NCBI GenBank assembly: GCA_013265495.1
Contig: MU058221.1
Coordinates: forward strand, 5,192,066 to 5,256,065
DNA length: 64,000 bases
Reading direction: 5' to 3'
From: Vicugna vicugna
Taxonomy: Eukaryota
In this document: positions 38,835-49,790 of the stretch, in pieces
How the letters are laid out: every line of letters begins with the position of its first letter
How positions within the stretch are numbered: position 1 is the first letter of the stretch
Program-made: the position numbers and the translations under genes
The notes under the pieces: generated by a model
What the model saw: only the letters and a program-made list of their open reading frames with translations
Databases searched by the model: none
Told to the model about the DNA's origin: nothing

Positions 38835-40130
38835 TATGTGCAGGAACAATCCGGTTTCCCTTCGGTAGTCAGGATCAGTCAGACAAGTGGTTCACATTCC
38901 CCTGCCCTACTCCCCACCCCCAGCTGGTTCACTAGCATGAGCAACCCAAAATGTCCACGTGACAGTCTCATTTTTGACTTAGTGGAACCATTGTGTCCTC
39001 TGATGGAAGCATTCTTCCCCCAGGAACTAAGATCTCCAGGCCAGCAGGGCTTAAAGTTGCTGGGACAGGAAGCAGAAATTCTGTGAGCAGTTTATTGGGA
39101 GGAATAGAGGAGTCCCTCTGACATCCACTGGTTTTGTAGACCCATGCATATTGGCTGTGGGGGAGGGAGCACCAGACAGTGGTCTGATTCAAAGCATATA
39201 CCACATCCTATACAACGAGCACCAGACGGCACTGTAACTGTGTTTTCAGTAAGCCGCTCCACCTTTCAGTTAGGCTGCCCGCTCCCAGATGATGGGGAAT
39301 GTGGTGAGACCAGTTAATCCTACAGGCATGAGTCCGCTGCCGCGCTTGCTTGGCTGTGATGAATTCCTGGGTCAGATGCAATGCTGTGCGTAGTTTCGTG
39401 ATGGTGGGCAAGGCATTCTGAGAGTCTGTGCGGGGTGGTCTCCATGAAACTAGTAATTGTACAACTATTAGTGACCGTAAGGTAGGTCAAAGCAGCAGAC
39501 TCAAATGGGGCATATGTTGTCTCCAAAAAAGCTTGCTCAACACTGTACTGCCTGTGTATGTGTATGTGTGCATGTGTGTGTGTGTGCATGCGTGGTAGGT
39601 GGTAGGAGGTACAGCAACTTAGAGGGGATACATTGATATACTTTTGACCGTTGACCCCCAGAAACTTCACTGAGGTGACAGGCCCCTGAATTGTGTTGGG
39701 GTTAAATTCCACCCTCTTGTTTGCTGATGTCTTACAAGGCATTTAAAGTACTTGGTTCTTCCTGCTCGTTGGATCCAGTCATCATGATATCATCAGTATG
39801 GTGGACTGCTGTTGTGTTTTGGGGAACGTCAAGATGATCAAGACGTCTGTGGACTATGTGATGGTAGAGGGTAGGAGAACTGACATCGTCCTGATGTAAA
39901 AATGTGAAGGTATACTGTTGACCCTGCCAGGTAAAAGCACGCGACTTCTGGCAATCTTTATAAACGGCATGGAGAACAAGGCATACTGAGTGCCAGAGCC
40001 TGAGCTGTACCAGTAAGGAAGCTGCATCTGGAACGACAGCTTCGATGGGAGTCAGCGTCTGATTAAGTTTATGATGTCTAAAGTCATTCTCCAAGATCCA
40101 TCTGACTTCACAGACCTTCTGCCACTGTCC
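38835..40130 (-). mobile_element. Decayed ERV-L internal region: RT, integrase and dUTPase remnants
   Basis: RT: AFTWQGQQYTFTFLHQ..SPTLYHHIVHRRLDHL..HHTDDIMMTG (degenerate YIDD) and PVTSVKFLGV. Integrase: HSIASD..; WSHHIPHHLGAGSLTERWSGLLKTQL. Then dUTPase-like GLEILVPGGRMLPSEDTMVPL. Several frameshifts; a post-integrase dUTPase is the ERV-L order. Confidence 0.85.
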
Positions 40131-42140
40131 TTCTAGTCTAAGGTACTGCCAGTTTCTCCCCCACATTCCCTTGTCCCCTCCCCCCAGTTCATTCACACTT
40201 CCGCCAGAGTAATCTTTTAGGGCACAAATCTAACCATGTCACTCTCCCCTACACCCTGATCTGTCACTTAAGACCCTTCCTTGACTCTTAGGATAAAGAC
40301 TTAGCCTCTAGTTTCACCTCTCGGGATGTTTCTCCTGGGCCTCAAACCCAGGCTCAGCCGCAAGACACCCCTCCTTTGTGCCCCCTGCTTCCCCTGCCTG
40401 GGGTGCTCTCTTTTCTTTAACCTCCTTCTCTGCTTTTACCTCTTGAACCTCTCGTATCTGCTCAGTACTGTGCATCTCTCTAGTTGATAGCACGCACCGC
40501 ACCTGACGTATCCCTTTTTTTTTGTCTGTGACTCTGATTAATGTCTGTGCTCTCAACTAGACTCTTTAAGTTCCAAAAGGGCAGACAGAAACTGTTCCCT
40601 TTGTGCCCAGCCCTCGGGAAATACTTGACACTCAGGAGTCAACCACTAACTTCATTAAGCAAATATCATAGGGCTGAGTCTGTGTTCTCTGTATCCTTCA
40701 TTGGCACAGATGATTTTGTCCCTTTGCACCCTCCTTAGCTGTTGACAATAGGTACAGTTGCCTGAGAAGATGGGGGCCACTGCTTAGAGCTGTCACGTCC
40801 TGTGTGTGCAGGCTTAAGGTCCCCTTAAGGTCCCCATGTGGCTTGCTTCCACCACCGCTGTCTGAGCCAGGGGCAGTGTCCTTTCTCTTTAGGACAAGGA
40901 AATGGCACTTGGTTAGCATCAATGCAGATGCTGCATCACACAGGAACTGGTTCCTAGCGTGCCTGGTCCCAAGTGAGCTTGGAGGAGGTCAGTCACAGCA
41001 GAATGCCAGTCCGCCTGGCATTTCAAACGAAAGTTGGGAGTTCAACCTTACAAAAAGATAAAAAGAAACCCCCTTTTTACATCTTAACAAAACGCAACAG
41101 CTCTTGAGTAGGAGAATATTCCAGATAAGGAATGCTACCCAATCTCATTCCACCACACTTGAGTACTGCTCTGTTCACCCTTGACCATGCCAGGGACCTC
41201 CTGGCTTTTAAAAACGTTCAAGAACTTCACGTGTCTCTCTGTTTTGGTTCTTTATGTTCCCATTATTTTATTCTTCCAAATTTGGGATTTTGTGAGTTAG
41301 CAAAACAAGTGTAAAAGCGAGTGTCTTGTGCGCGTGGAGATCTGGGGGAGACAGGGCCCTGCTTCTCCTCCACTGTCCCCTTGGAGCCAGGACTTGGAGA
41401 AAGGCTGTGGGCCTGCAGTGAGTTCCCCTAGGCCAGTCATAGGGGCGCTCTGGGAGCTGGCTTCTGTGGGGTGTGAGGGCACCCTGGGCCGGAAGCCCCC
41501 TCCTCAGACCTCCTCCAGAAGATGCAGCCTTGGCCTCAACTAACACCCAGAGAGGACGGAAGTGGCTCTGGTTTCAGGCTGTGGTTACAGACAGGACAGA
41601 CAGGCCGACCCAGGAGTGAGTGCACAAGCCATGGGTGTGTGGTCCACCAGCCTCAGGGCCTTTTGAAGAAAGGATGTGGGGAAGATGAGGGCTTCTCAGT
41701 GTGGGCAGGGGCAGGGAGCCTGAGGAGGGGCCTTGTCATGCGGCAGAGCTGGAGAGTCCTGAAGATGACCTCACCCAGCTCCCCCTTTGTCACTAAGGAG
41801 AGTGGGGGCCAGAGAGGGGCAGCGTGGCCTGGGGACCTGTGGCCAGGCAATGGCAGGGTTGGGACCAGAGCCCCCTGTTTCAATAGGGATGGAAGGCCCA
41901 GCTCTTCCTGGCAGCACCCTGACCCCCAGGTCCCACCAGCTGGCATCACTGGGGAAGGATGACATTAAACTGGTCCCTGTGGTGAAGGTCTGAGGTGGGG
42001 CAGGCATTTATTCCCTACCGCCTCCCACAGGGGCTTCTGATTCCAGAGGATGTCAGGAGCAGGCCGGTCCCCTTCCCTCCCCCACTCAGATGGATTAGGC
42101 AGCCCTGGGGTGACAGCTCCAGGAGGGCAGGGGGCTCACT

Positions 42141-42146
42141 TTTATT
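42141..42146 (-). terminator. Candidate SFTPB polyA signal AATAAA
   Basis: tttatt about 730 bp beyond the stop; a second one at ~42007. A donor CCAG|GTGAGT 22 nt after the stop (42855) indicates a non-coding last exon. Confidence 0.5.
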
Positions 42147-42876
42147 CACAGCTCCAGCCCTTGCCCCTGGAATGTGGCCTGGCCAAAGGCACTCACTACA
42201 TTTTAAAATAATGAGTGAAGAAATAAATAAACGATCATTGCGTTAGGGTCTTGCTCAGGGCAGAACTGCAAAGTTGACCAAGTTTGTACTCAGGGGCACT
42301 TCCCTCCTCCAAGGCGCCTGGTGCAGCAGCAGCCGCCAGCCCATCCCTCCATCCTAAGGTGTTACCTCTGACCCAACGACAGGGGGAGGGAAAGAGGGGT
42401 ATCTCAGGAGGGAGGGGTCAGGTGATGGTGGAGTTCCTGGCATCTGATGGGGTGGTGTCTTGGGGCAGCGAGTTTCAGGAAAGGCTGGCCTTGGTCTGAA
42501 CACATCAAATACTGGAGATCAGCCGGTCCAGAGGGTGAGCTGTGAGGGGAAGCCTGGAGTAGGTGCGGAAGCTCCCCTGAGGGCTGGGACTGGGCGAGGG
42601 AGCCGGGAGCTGAGCCTGGCGCTGAGTGTGGCAGGGATTCTGGGCAGAGGGGTGAGTCGGGCAGAGAGAGGTCATTCTGGTGGCGGTGCTGCCAGGGCCC
42701 TCAGGAGCCTCGAGCTTGGCCTGTAGGGGCAGGGGATGGAGCAGCCAGCAGCAGTGGCCTCCTCTTCCCGCTTTGGGGACTGAGTGGGCCCCCTTCCTGA
42801 TGCCAGCAGGACCCATTCTGCCTCTTCCCCCATCAACTGGGGGCCTGGACTCACCTGGCATGGCTTTGAGTTCTCA

Positions 42877-45800
42877 TCAGAAGTCGGGGCCGAGGACACA
42901 CTGGAGAGGACTGAACAGGGTCGCACACACCCCCAGGGCCTGCCACAGGGACAGCATCAGGGCCTGAGGCCATGCATCCTCCCTTCCCAGCTCTGAGAGG
43001 GTCAGGAGGCTCCTCCTGAAGGCTCTACCTGCCACTCCTGTTGTGACCTCGCAGACCCCTCGGGCCACTCCCCGAGCCATAGGCCTGGGTTTAGAATGAG
43101 AGGTGGGATGCTGGCCCCACCTGGTACCCCCCACCAAGCACACACTGCTCAGTGTACACCCCCCATCCCATGATGTGAATCAAAATACACTCCTTAAAGC
43201 TGCCCCCTCCCTTCCCATACTCCTCCTTTTTCGTTCTTTGGTGATTTTTTCTTGACTTCTCTGAGGCTGCCTTTTCTCTAGGAAAACATGGGAGGGCACC
43301 TCCCACTGGTGGGCTGGCGCTCCTGGGGCTGCCCTGCACCCAGGGGGCAGGGCCTCTGAGGACCATGGACTGGAGAGGGCGGGGGGCTCTGGGAGCTGAG
43401 GAAAGCCCTGGGGCCAGCTGGGAGGTGTGGGCGTACCTGGCAGGTGGTGCGGGCGTCCCAGCCCCTGGACACTAGGGCCTGCAGCTGGCGCGAGCGCTGC
43501 TCCACGAACTGCTCGCACTGAGGAAGAAGACAGACGGAGTGGAGGGGGACCCAGGCCGGGGGCAGGGCTCTCCTGCCTTGCTGCACGGGCCTCCCCACTT
43601 ATCTGGATCACCGCAGGGCTCCCCCCAACCGATGCAGGCCCAGCCCTCAGCCCCCACGGAGCAGCTCTGGCTGTAAAACTGCACGAGCCAGCGTGGGCGG
43701 ATATGGGGGTTTCTGTCGGGAAAGCCAGGACGTTGGAGATGGAGCCACAGGGGCAGAATCTTGGCCCTCTGCACCTCCTCCCCCTAAATTTCAGTTCTAG
43801 AAGCCATCCTAAAGCTCATCTGGCCTTGGAGACCGCATGTGATGGGCAGCGGGGACGCCCTGTGTGGAAAGCGGCCTCCTGGGAGGGAAGTCAGCCGGCC
43901 TGTCACCCACTCTGAGTACTGGCACTCCAGGCCTTCAGGCCCAGCCCTCTCCTCCGGCAGGTGGGTTGGTCCCCACCGCGTCACACCAGGAGGAAGTCTG
44001 GGGCTGGGACAGGCCCGGAACCCTGGAGAACAGGCCAGGCTCTCTCCTGCTCCCGCCGGCCCTGGCACTGCTCATCTCCTGGTCACTAACGGGCCTCACT
44101 CTTGGTTCAGGAGGGAGGCCGGCTGGTCCTCCAGAGCCCATGACCTTTGGCCAGAGACAACTCCTGACTTCAGCAGGTTTGGCCTTGAGTTGCAGTCCCA
44201 GCATTGTTTGGCCCACGTCCTGTCTGCCTATCTGAGCTCCTTAAGGGCAGGGCTCTGGCCCACTCTGTGTGTCTCTGGCTGGAAGCCTTTCCTGGGCCCG
44301 ACCCTCCACCACGGGCAGCCCTGAGTCCTGAGCCTCCTGCCAGGCTGCCCCTCACCTTTTGCCTGTCCAGCCAGGAGCCCAGGCAGGCCTGGTGCATCGC
44401 CTGTGGCACGGCCTGCTCGCTGCTGTTCCCTGCCTGGCTGGTCACAAACATGCAGAGGTGGCACTCGGAGTCTTGGGGTAGCCATTCTCTTGGCAGGGGC
44501 CCCAGAGTGTTGAGGGCTAGAGAGAAAATCCAGTCAAGGCTTCTCTACAGAGTATTCAGTTCCTTCTTTGCTACAGTGCAGGGCAACTGGAGACCGAGCG
44601 GGTCGTCCAGGGCCAGGGGTTGGGCAGGGATGAGAGTGGGTGACAGACAAGGGCTAGGGCTCACTTGGGCCGATGACATCCTCGCTGGAGCACCGGAGGA
44701 CGAGGCCACAGACCAGCCGGGGCAGCATGCGGTCCAGCAGCACGTTCAGCAGGATGACGACGTAGCGCTCGGCCAGGCACTGGCAGATGCCCCCCACCAC
44801 CAGGGGTACCACGTGGCACACCTGGGCCACAGCCGTGGCCAGCACACCCTGGGGTGGGGGCCGAGAGAGGGCAGGGTGGGACCTTTCCTTGAAAGCCCTA
44901 CTCTTGCCCGGCACCAGCTGCGTACTTTGTAGGTAGACCTCCCCTTGTTCCCTTGGAGAATTACTATGCTGTTTATAGATAAGAACACTGAGCATCGGGG
45001 AGTCCAGGGGACTCACCCAGAATCACTGGGCTGGTGCTGGAGCCAGGCCACGGACCCACCCCTGACTTCAGAGACTCTGGAATTGCTGCAGAGAGGTGGG
45101 CATTGCTAAGGCCACGTGGCAGCCTGGGGCAGAGACAGAACCAGACCCGGACTTCTCCCTCCTGACCCGGGGCGTGCTGTGCTTCCGCACGGGAGGATGC
45201 GCTCATTCCGCGGCTCTGGGAGCCAGCAAGCCCCTGATTTCAGGAGCCCCCGGGGGAGGCCAAGAATCTCCCCACCCCACCCTCGATTCCAAACACACCC
45301 TCCGAACTGAAGGGCAAGGAGCGAGGCGGCAGGCACGCTCAGCCCGCCACCCCGTTACTCACTCAGCCAATTCACGTAAAGAACCTCCATGCATTAAAAT
45401 AAGTTACAGGATATGTTGTTCAGCACAGGGAACATAGGCAATATTTTATAATAACTTTGCATGGAGTATTATAACCTTTAATATTGTGAATCACTATATT
45501 GTACACCTGTAACATATAATATTGTACATCAACTATACTTCGATTAAAAAAAAAAGGAACCTACATACGACAGTCTGGCTTGGGCCCTGCTTTTGCTTGC
45601 AGACCCTGCTGTCCCTCAGCACCAGGAAGGCTGAGGTAGGAAGTGGGCAGAGGGACCTGCACGTCTCTGGGGTGCGACACCTTCCAAATGGCACATTTCA
45701 CAAAATGTGTGCATTTGCTTGCATCAGATCACTATGCTACTGCAACAGTGAGGGGTCCCTGCTCTGTCAGAGGCTGGCCCGTCTCCCTGTGCCCCGGGTC

Positions 45801-48800
45801 CCCCCCCAGCCCCACCTGCACAAGGGCCTCGCACCTGCGTTGTCCCCTCCATCCTGCCTCATTTCTTCTGTCGGTCTCATCACCATGTGAACACGCTAAA
45901 ATAGCTTCTGTCATTAAAGAGCCTCACCCATCTCCACTGCCCTTCCCAGAAAACCGCTTTGGGAGGGTTGCAGACACTCCCTGCTGCTCTTTCTCCCCAG
46001 TGCTCCTCCAGATCAGCTCTCGTGGTCACCTGGCTCCTCCCTGCTCATCTCTTGTCTTGATCCCTCAGCAGCTTTCAGCCCAGGTGACCTCCTCCTCGTT
46101 GCTGAAGAGCTTTCTTCCTTCAGCTTCCGTGACGTCACGTGTGGTGTCCCCACCTCCATGGAGGTCCTTCCTCGTGCTCCTTTGCTGGGTTTCCCCTCCC
46201 CCTCTCCACCTTGTCCAGTGATCCCGTCTGTTCCCTTGCCTTTCAATCTTTCTGTAGCCGTGACTCTCAGACTCAGGTCTCTGGCCCTGGCTTGGGGATC
46301 AGGCTGCCTGCTTGCCATGTCTGCTTGCTTGCTGCACAGGCATCTCAAACTTCACATGGCCAGGAGAGAACTGATCTTTCTGTTTCTTCTTAAGTTTACC
46401 CATCTCAGCTGGGGGCATTCCCAAGAGCCGGTTGCTCCCGCCAAAGTCCACAGTCTCTACTGGTTCTTCTCTCCTCCCTGCTCCCCAGGTCCCGTCCATC
46501 ACCAAGTCCTGCAGAGCTTGGTGGCTCCCAGACAGGTCCCCAGGGCTCCCACCCCCATGTCACCCCACCCCCATCTTCTCCCATCGCGATTTCTGCAGTC
46601 ATCTCCTAAGTACCCGCCTTGCCCTCATTCATCTCCCCCGTCTGCCCAATCCGGTCTTCAAACAGCAAGAGAGCGGTCTTCCTAAAGTGTGAATCCGGTC
46701 GTGGCCTCCCCTTCCACAGCTGTGAGTTGCATTCAGAAGAAAATCCAGCCTTCCTTCACCTGTCCCAGGCGTGTCTGCCGGCCCCGCAGTCCTGACCCTC
46801 TGCTCCCTCCTCAGGCTGCTCTGCCCGGCCTGCCCGCTGCAGACGCACAGCTGCCTAAGCTTGTGCCCCTCGAGGCCCTTTGCCCATCGGTCCTCGTCCT
46901 CTAGATCTCAGCTTAACCATCAGCCTCTCTGAGATGCTTCCTGACCAACCAACCTCTCGTGTCACTATCTCTCCCCTCGTCTGTTTTAATTTTCTGCCCT
47001 GAACTTATCACTACCTGAAAAGAATCTGTCCCACCACAGTGCACACTCAGGAAAGGATCCTTTTCTGTACGTTGACAGCCGGCATAGGGCCTGGCCTATG
47101 GGGAACAACTGTGGAATTAACTCTAGGTCTGGCACCTACCAGGTCTAGCCTGAGCTCCAGGGTCCCTTGGGTGGGGCAACACACAAATGGCTCCCCTCCA
47201 ACTCCTCCAGCTGGCCCCTGAGGGGGTGTGAGGAGTCAGGGGAGCCGTGGGGGGCCCTGATGAGCTCCCTGTGGTGCAGGACGCCTCACCTTGGGAAGCA
47301 CAGCTTGGATCCGATTGATCAGAGTCCTGCAGAGCCAGCAGAAGGGGAGGGGGATGGGGAACCGCTGCTCGGAGAGATCCTGGGGGAGAGAATGACAGGG
47401 AGGCAGGCTGGGCTCCTGAGGGAGAAGCCTCCTCCCGCCCAGCCTTAAGCTCTGCTTCGAGCTGCTGGTCCCCTTCTCGGCTCTGCCCCTCCCAGGGCCT
47501 TAGCTGCGGCCTTAGCCCTCTGGGTTCCCACCTGTCTCGTGTGCTCACCTGTGTCTGGGGCCCAGGCCTCGCCTGGAGGGCCCCTGGCAGCACAGGGAGG
47601 ACCAGCTCGTCCAGCAGAGGGTCCGACAGCTCCGGCTGTGGACTCTTGGGTTTGCACAGGCCCATGTGCTCGCAGATGGCCTTTGGGTTCTGGGACGCAA
47701 TGCACGGAAGGGGGTGCTCAGGGTCAGAGAGGGAACCCTACTCTTGCTCTCTGGCTCAAGGACTCAGGGACTAGGCTGCTGTCTTTGGGCCTGGAATGGC
47801 GGGGAGCAGGCTGGTCTGGGGCTGAGGTTTGGGACTCTGTGGTGGGGGTGGGGGAGACCAAAGGCAGAGATGGGGCCACGTGGGGACTTTGGGGCAAGTG
47901 TCTGGGAATGTGCGTGAATAAGGGTGAGCAAGGATGTTTGTGAGAATGAAAGGAGGATGAGTCCGTGAATGTGTTTGTATGTGTGGATTCTGCGTGAGAC
48001 TGAATGTGTAGTGTGAGCGTGTGACTGAGTGGATGTTTGTGTGAAGGGTGAGGGGGGGTCTGTGTGGGTGTTTGTAAGCGTGCGGGCCAGGCCCACTGAG
48101 CACAGCTGAGTAGGTGGGGCTTAGATCTGGGCACCTGAGGGGTTGTGTGTGGGGGCTGGGGTGCCGTGTGTGCGGGTGACTCCGGGCGAGGGTGGGGTGG
48201 GGGCTGTGCGGTGCGGGAGGCCGGGAGGAGGCGAGACCCGTGGGGCCTCACCATCTGGCTCTGGAGGCGGTCGATGACCTGTGGGAAGTAGATGTCCAGC
48301 ATGTGGTGACACTGGGGCACCAGCAGCTTCAGGGAGAGGACGTCACACTCGTGATCCAGGAACTTCCGAATCCTGTCCTGGGAGGCGGGAGGGGGAGGGG
48401 AGCATCAGCCGGACCTCTCTGAGGTCGCCCCGCCCAAGCCCCTGCCTGGTCGCCTTCTCTCAGGGCCCCGGAGTTGAGAGGTAGCCAGGCACAGGCAGGG
48501 TTGTGCCCCCGGGAACGCGCTGTGCTGCTGGGCTCGCTCCCAGAGCCCTCTTCCACCCAGGGGGTGCCTGGAGTCCCCAGGCAAACCCAGGTGTCATCCC
48601 TGGCCTGGAGACGGCTCCTGGAAGGGGCTGACCTCGTCTCTCTGCTCTGTCCCCCATCTCTTAACCTCCAGGCTTCATCCAGAGTCTAGGCCTCATCACC
48701 TGGAAAATGGCCTCCTTGGCCATCTTGGTGAGAATGCGGGCGATGTCCTCACATTCCTGGCACAGGTCATCCTGGGAAGGGGAGCCCCAAGGTGGGCACA

Positions 48801-49634
48801 TGAGTGGGGCGTGCTTCCAGTTTAGGTGGCTGAGGCCCTTTCAGCAGCGGCTGAGGGGGCATGCCAAGGCACAGGCAATTGCCCACCGTGCCATCCGTTC
48901 CATCCGTCCCATTCCATCCCATCCCATCCTCGCCAACCCAATCCCATTTCATCCCATCCCGTCCCATCCATCCCATTCTATCCCATCCCATCCCATCCCC
49001 TATGGGGCCTCCAATCCCTCAGGCCCATTCAGAGCCTACCCGGAACCCTCTATCCCAGACCTGCGGTCCCAGTGCACATTTGGGTGGTACTCACAGCTCC
49101 CGCGTGTCCCCAGACTTCCTGTAGGCAGTACCCTAGGGCTCTGCACTGCAAGGCTTGCTCCAGGCTTTGGCACCAGAACTTGGGGCCCTGGGCACAGCCC
49201 GGGGATGAGGTGGTCCCATCAGCTGTTGTTTGGGGCCAGTGCAACCTTAGAATCCGAGCCACACCTGGCACCCCGACCTCACCCAACCTCCAAACCCAGT
49301 TTTAGTGGGATGCATGGCTGTTAAACATGCTGGAGCCAGACAGCTCTGGGTTCTGCCTGCTTTAGTGCCCACCAGCTGTGTGACCTTGGACAAGGTATGG
49401 AGCCCCTCTGAGTCAAAACTTCCTCATCTTTGCAATAAGGATAATGTACAGACCAGGGGCAATGCCTGGGACCGAGCCAGGGCTCAGGAAGTGGTAGGGA
49501 CGGTGGTGATGTCCCTCTCTGCACGTGGCCCCAGGTGGGATGGGGGTGAGGAGAGGCTGGGGAGACTCACCAGTGCCTGGACCACGGAGTGTGGGCAGCA
49601 GCAGCAGCCACGGCAGCAGGTGCAACTTGGCCAT
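42877..49634 (-). CDS. SFTPB: Pulmonary surfactant protein B preproprotein, 369 aa, 10 coding exons
   Basis: Exons (minus): 49634-49571, 49222-49095, 48771-48700, 48377-48252, 47689-47549, 47379-47290, 44848-44665, 44516-44356, 43517-43437, 42939-42877; 1110 nt. Signal peptide, SapA domain ([18 protein letters not shown]) and three SapB domains. Mature peptide [53 protein letters not shown]...LVLRCSS. Confidence 0.97.
45410..45556 (+). repeat. Truncated L1 3' end with polyA
   Basis: cagcacagggaacataggcaatattttata...tgtacacctgtaacataatattgtacatcaactatacttcgattaaaaaaaaa. Confidence 0.7.
45900..47020. repeat. L2 LINE fragment in SFTPB intron 6
   Basis: Pyrimidine-rich L2 motifs (caggcatctcaaacttcacatggcc, catcaccaagtcctg, tctcagcttaa). 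Confidence 0.6.
48891..49000. repeat. (CCATC/ATCCC)n degenerate pentanucleotide repeat in SFTPB intron 2
   Basis: About 20 imperfect units read directly. Confidence 0.9.
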
Positions 49635-49688
49635 GACACTTCAGCAGCCTGGACTGCGCAGCCAAGGCTCCTGCTGGGGCCGGGGCCC

Positions 49689-49790
49689 TTATAGCTGGGG
49701 GCTGGGGTGTGGGGGCAGGGCTCTGTGGGAGCAGCCTTGACCTCACTGTTTGCCTTTGCCCTGGAGGGCCCTCCAGGTGCTTTGATCCCC
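49689..49790 (-). promoter_or_regulatory. SFTPB proximal promoter: TATA box plus NKX2-1/FOXA composite element
   Basis: CTATAA at 49694-49689. Minus strand ATCAAAGCACCTGGAGGGCCCTCCAGGGCAAAGGCAAACAGTGAG closely matches the characterised human TTF-1/HNF-3 element as I recall it. Confidence 0.8.

Noticed and set aside
42855..42879. Intron after the SFTPB stop codon as an NMD trigger
   Set aside because: The junction is only 22 nt downstream of the stop, and a non-coding last exon is the known SFTPB structure.
44204..44932. 242-aa + strand ORF (and the 228-aa ORF at 54524-55210 on -)
   Set aside because: Antisense shadows of SFTPB and GNLY exons in GC-rich DNA.
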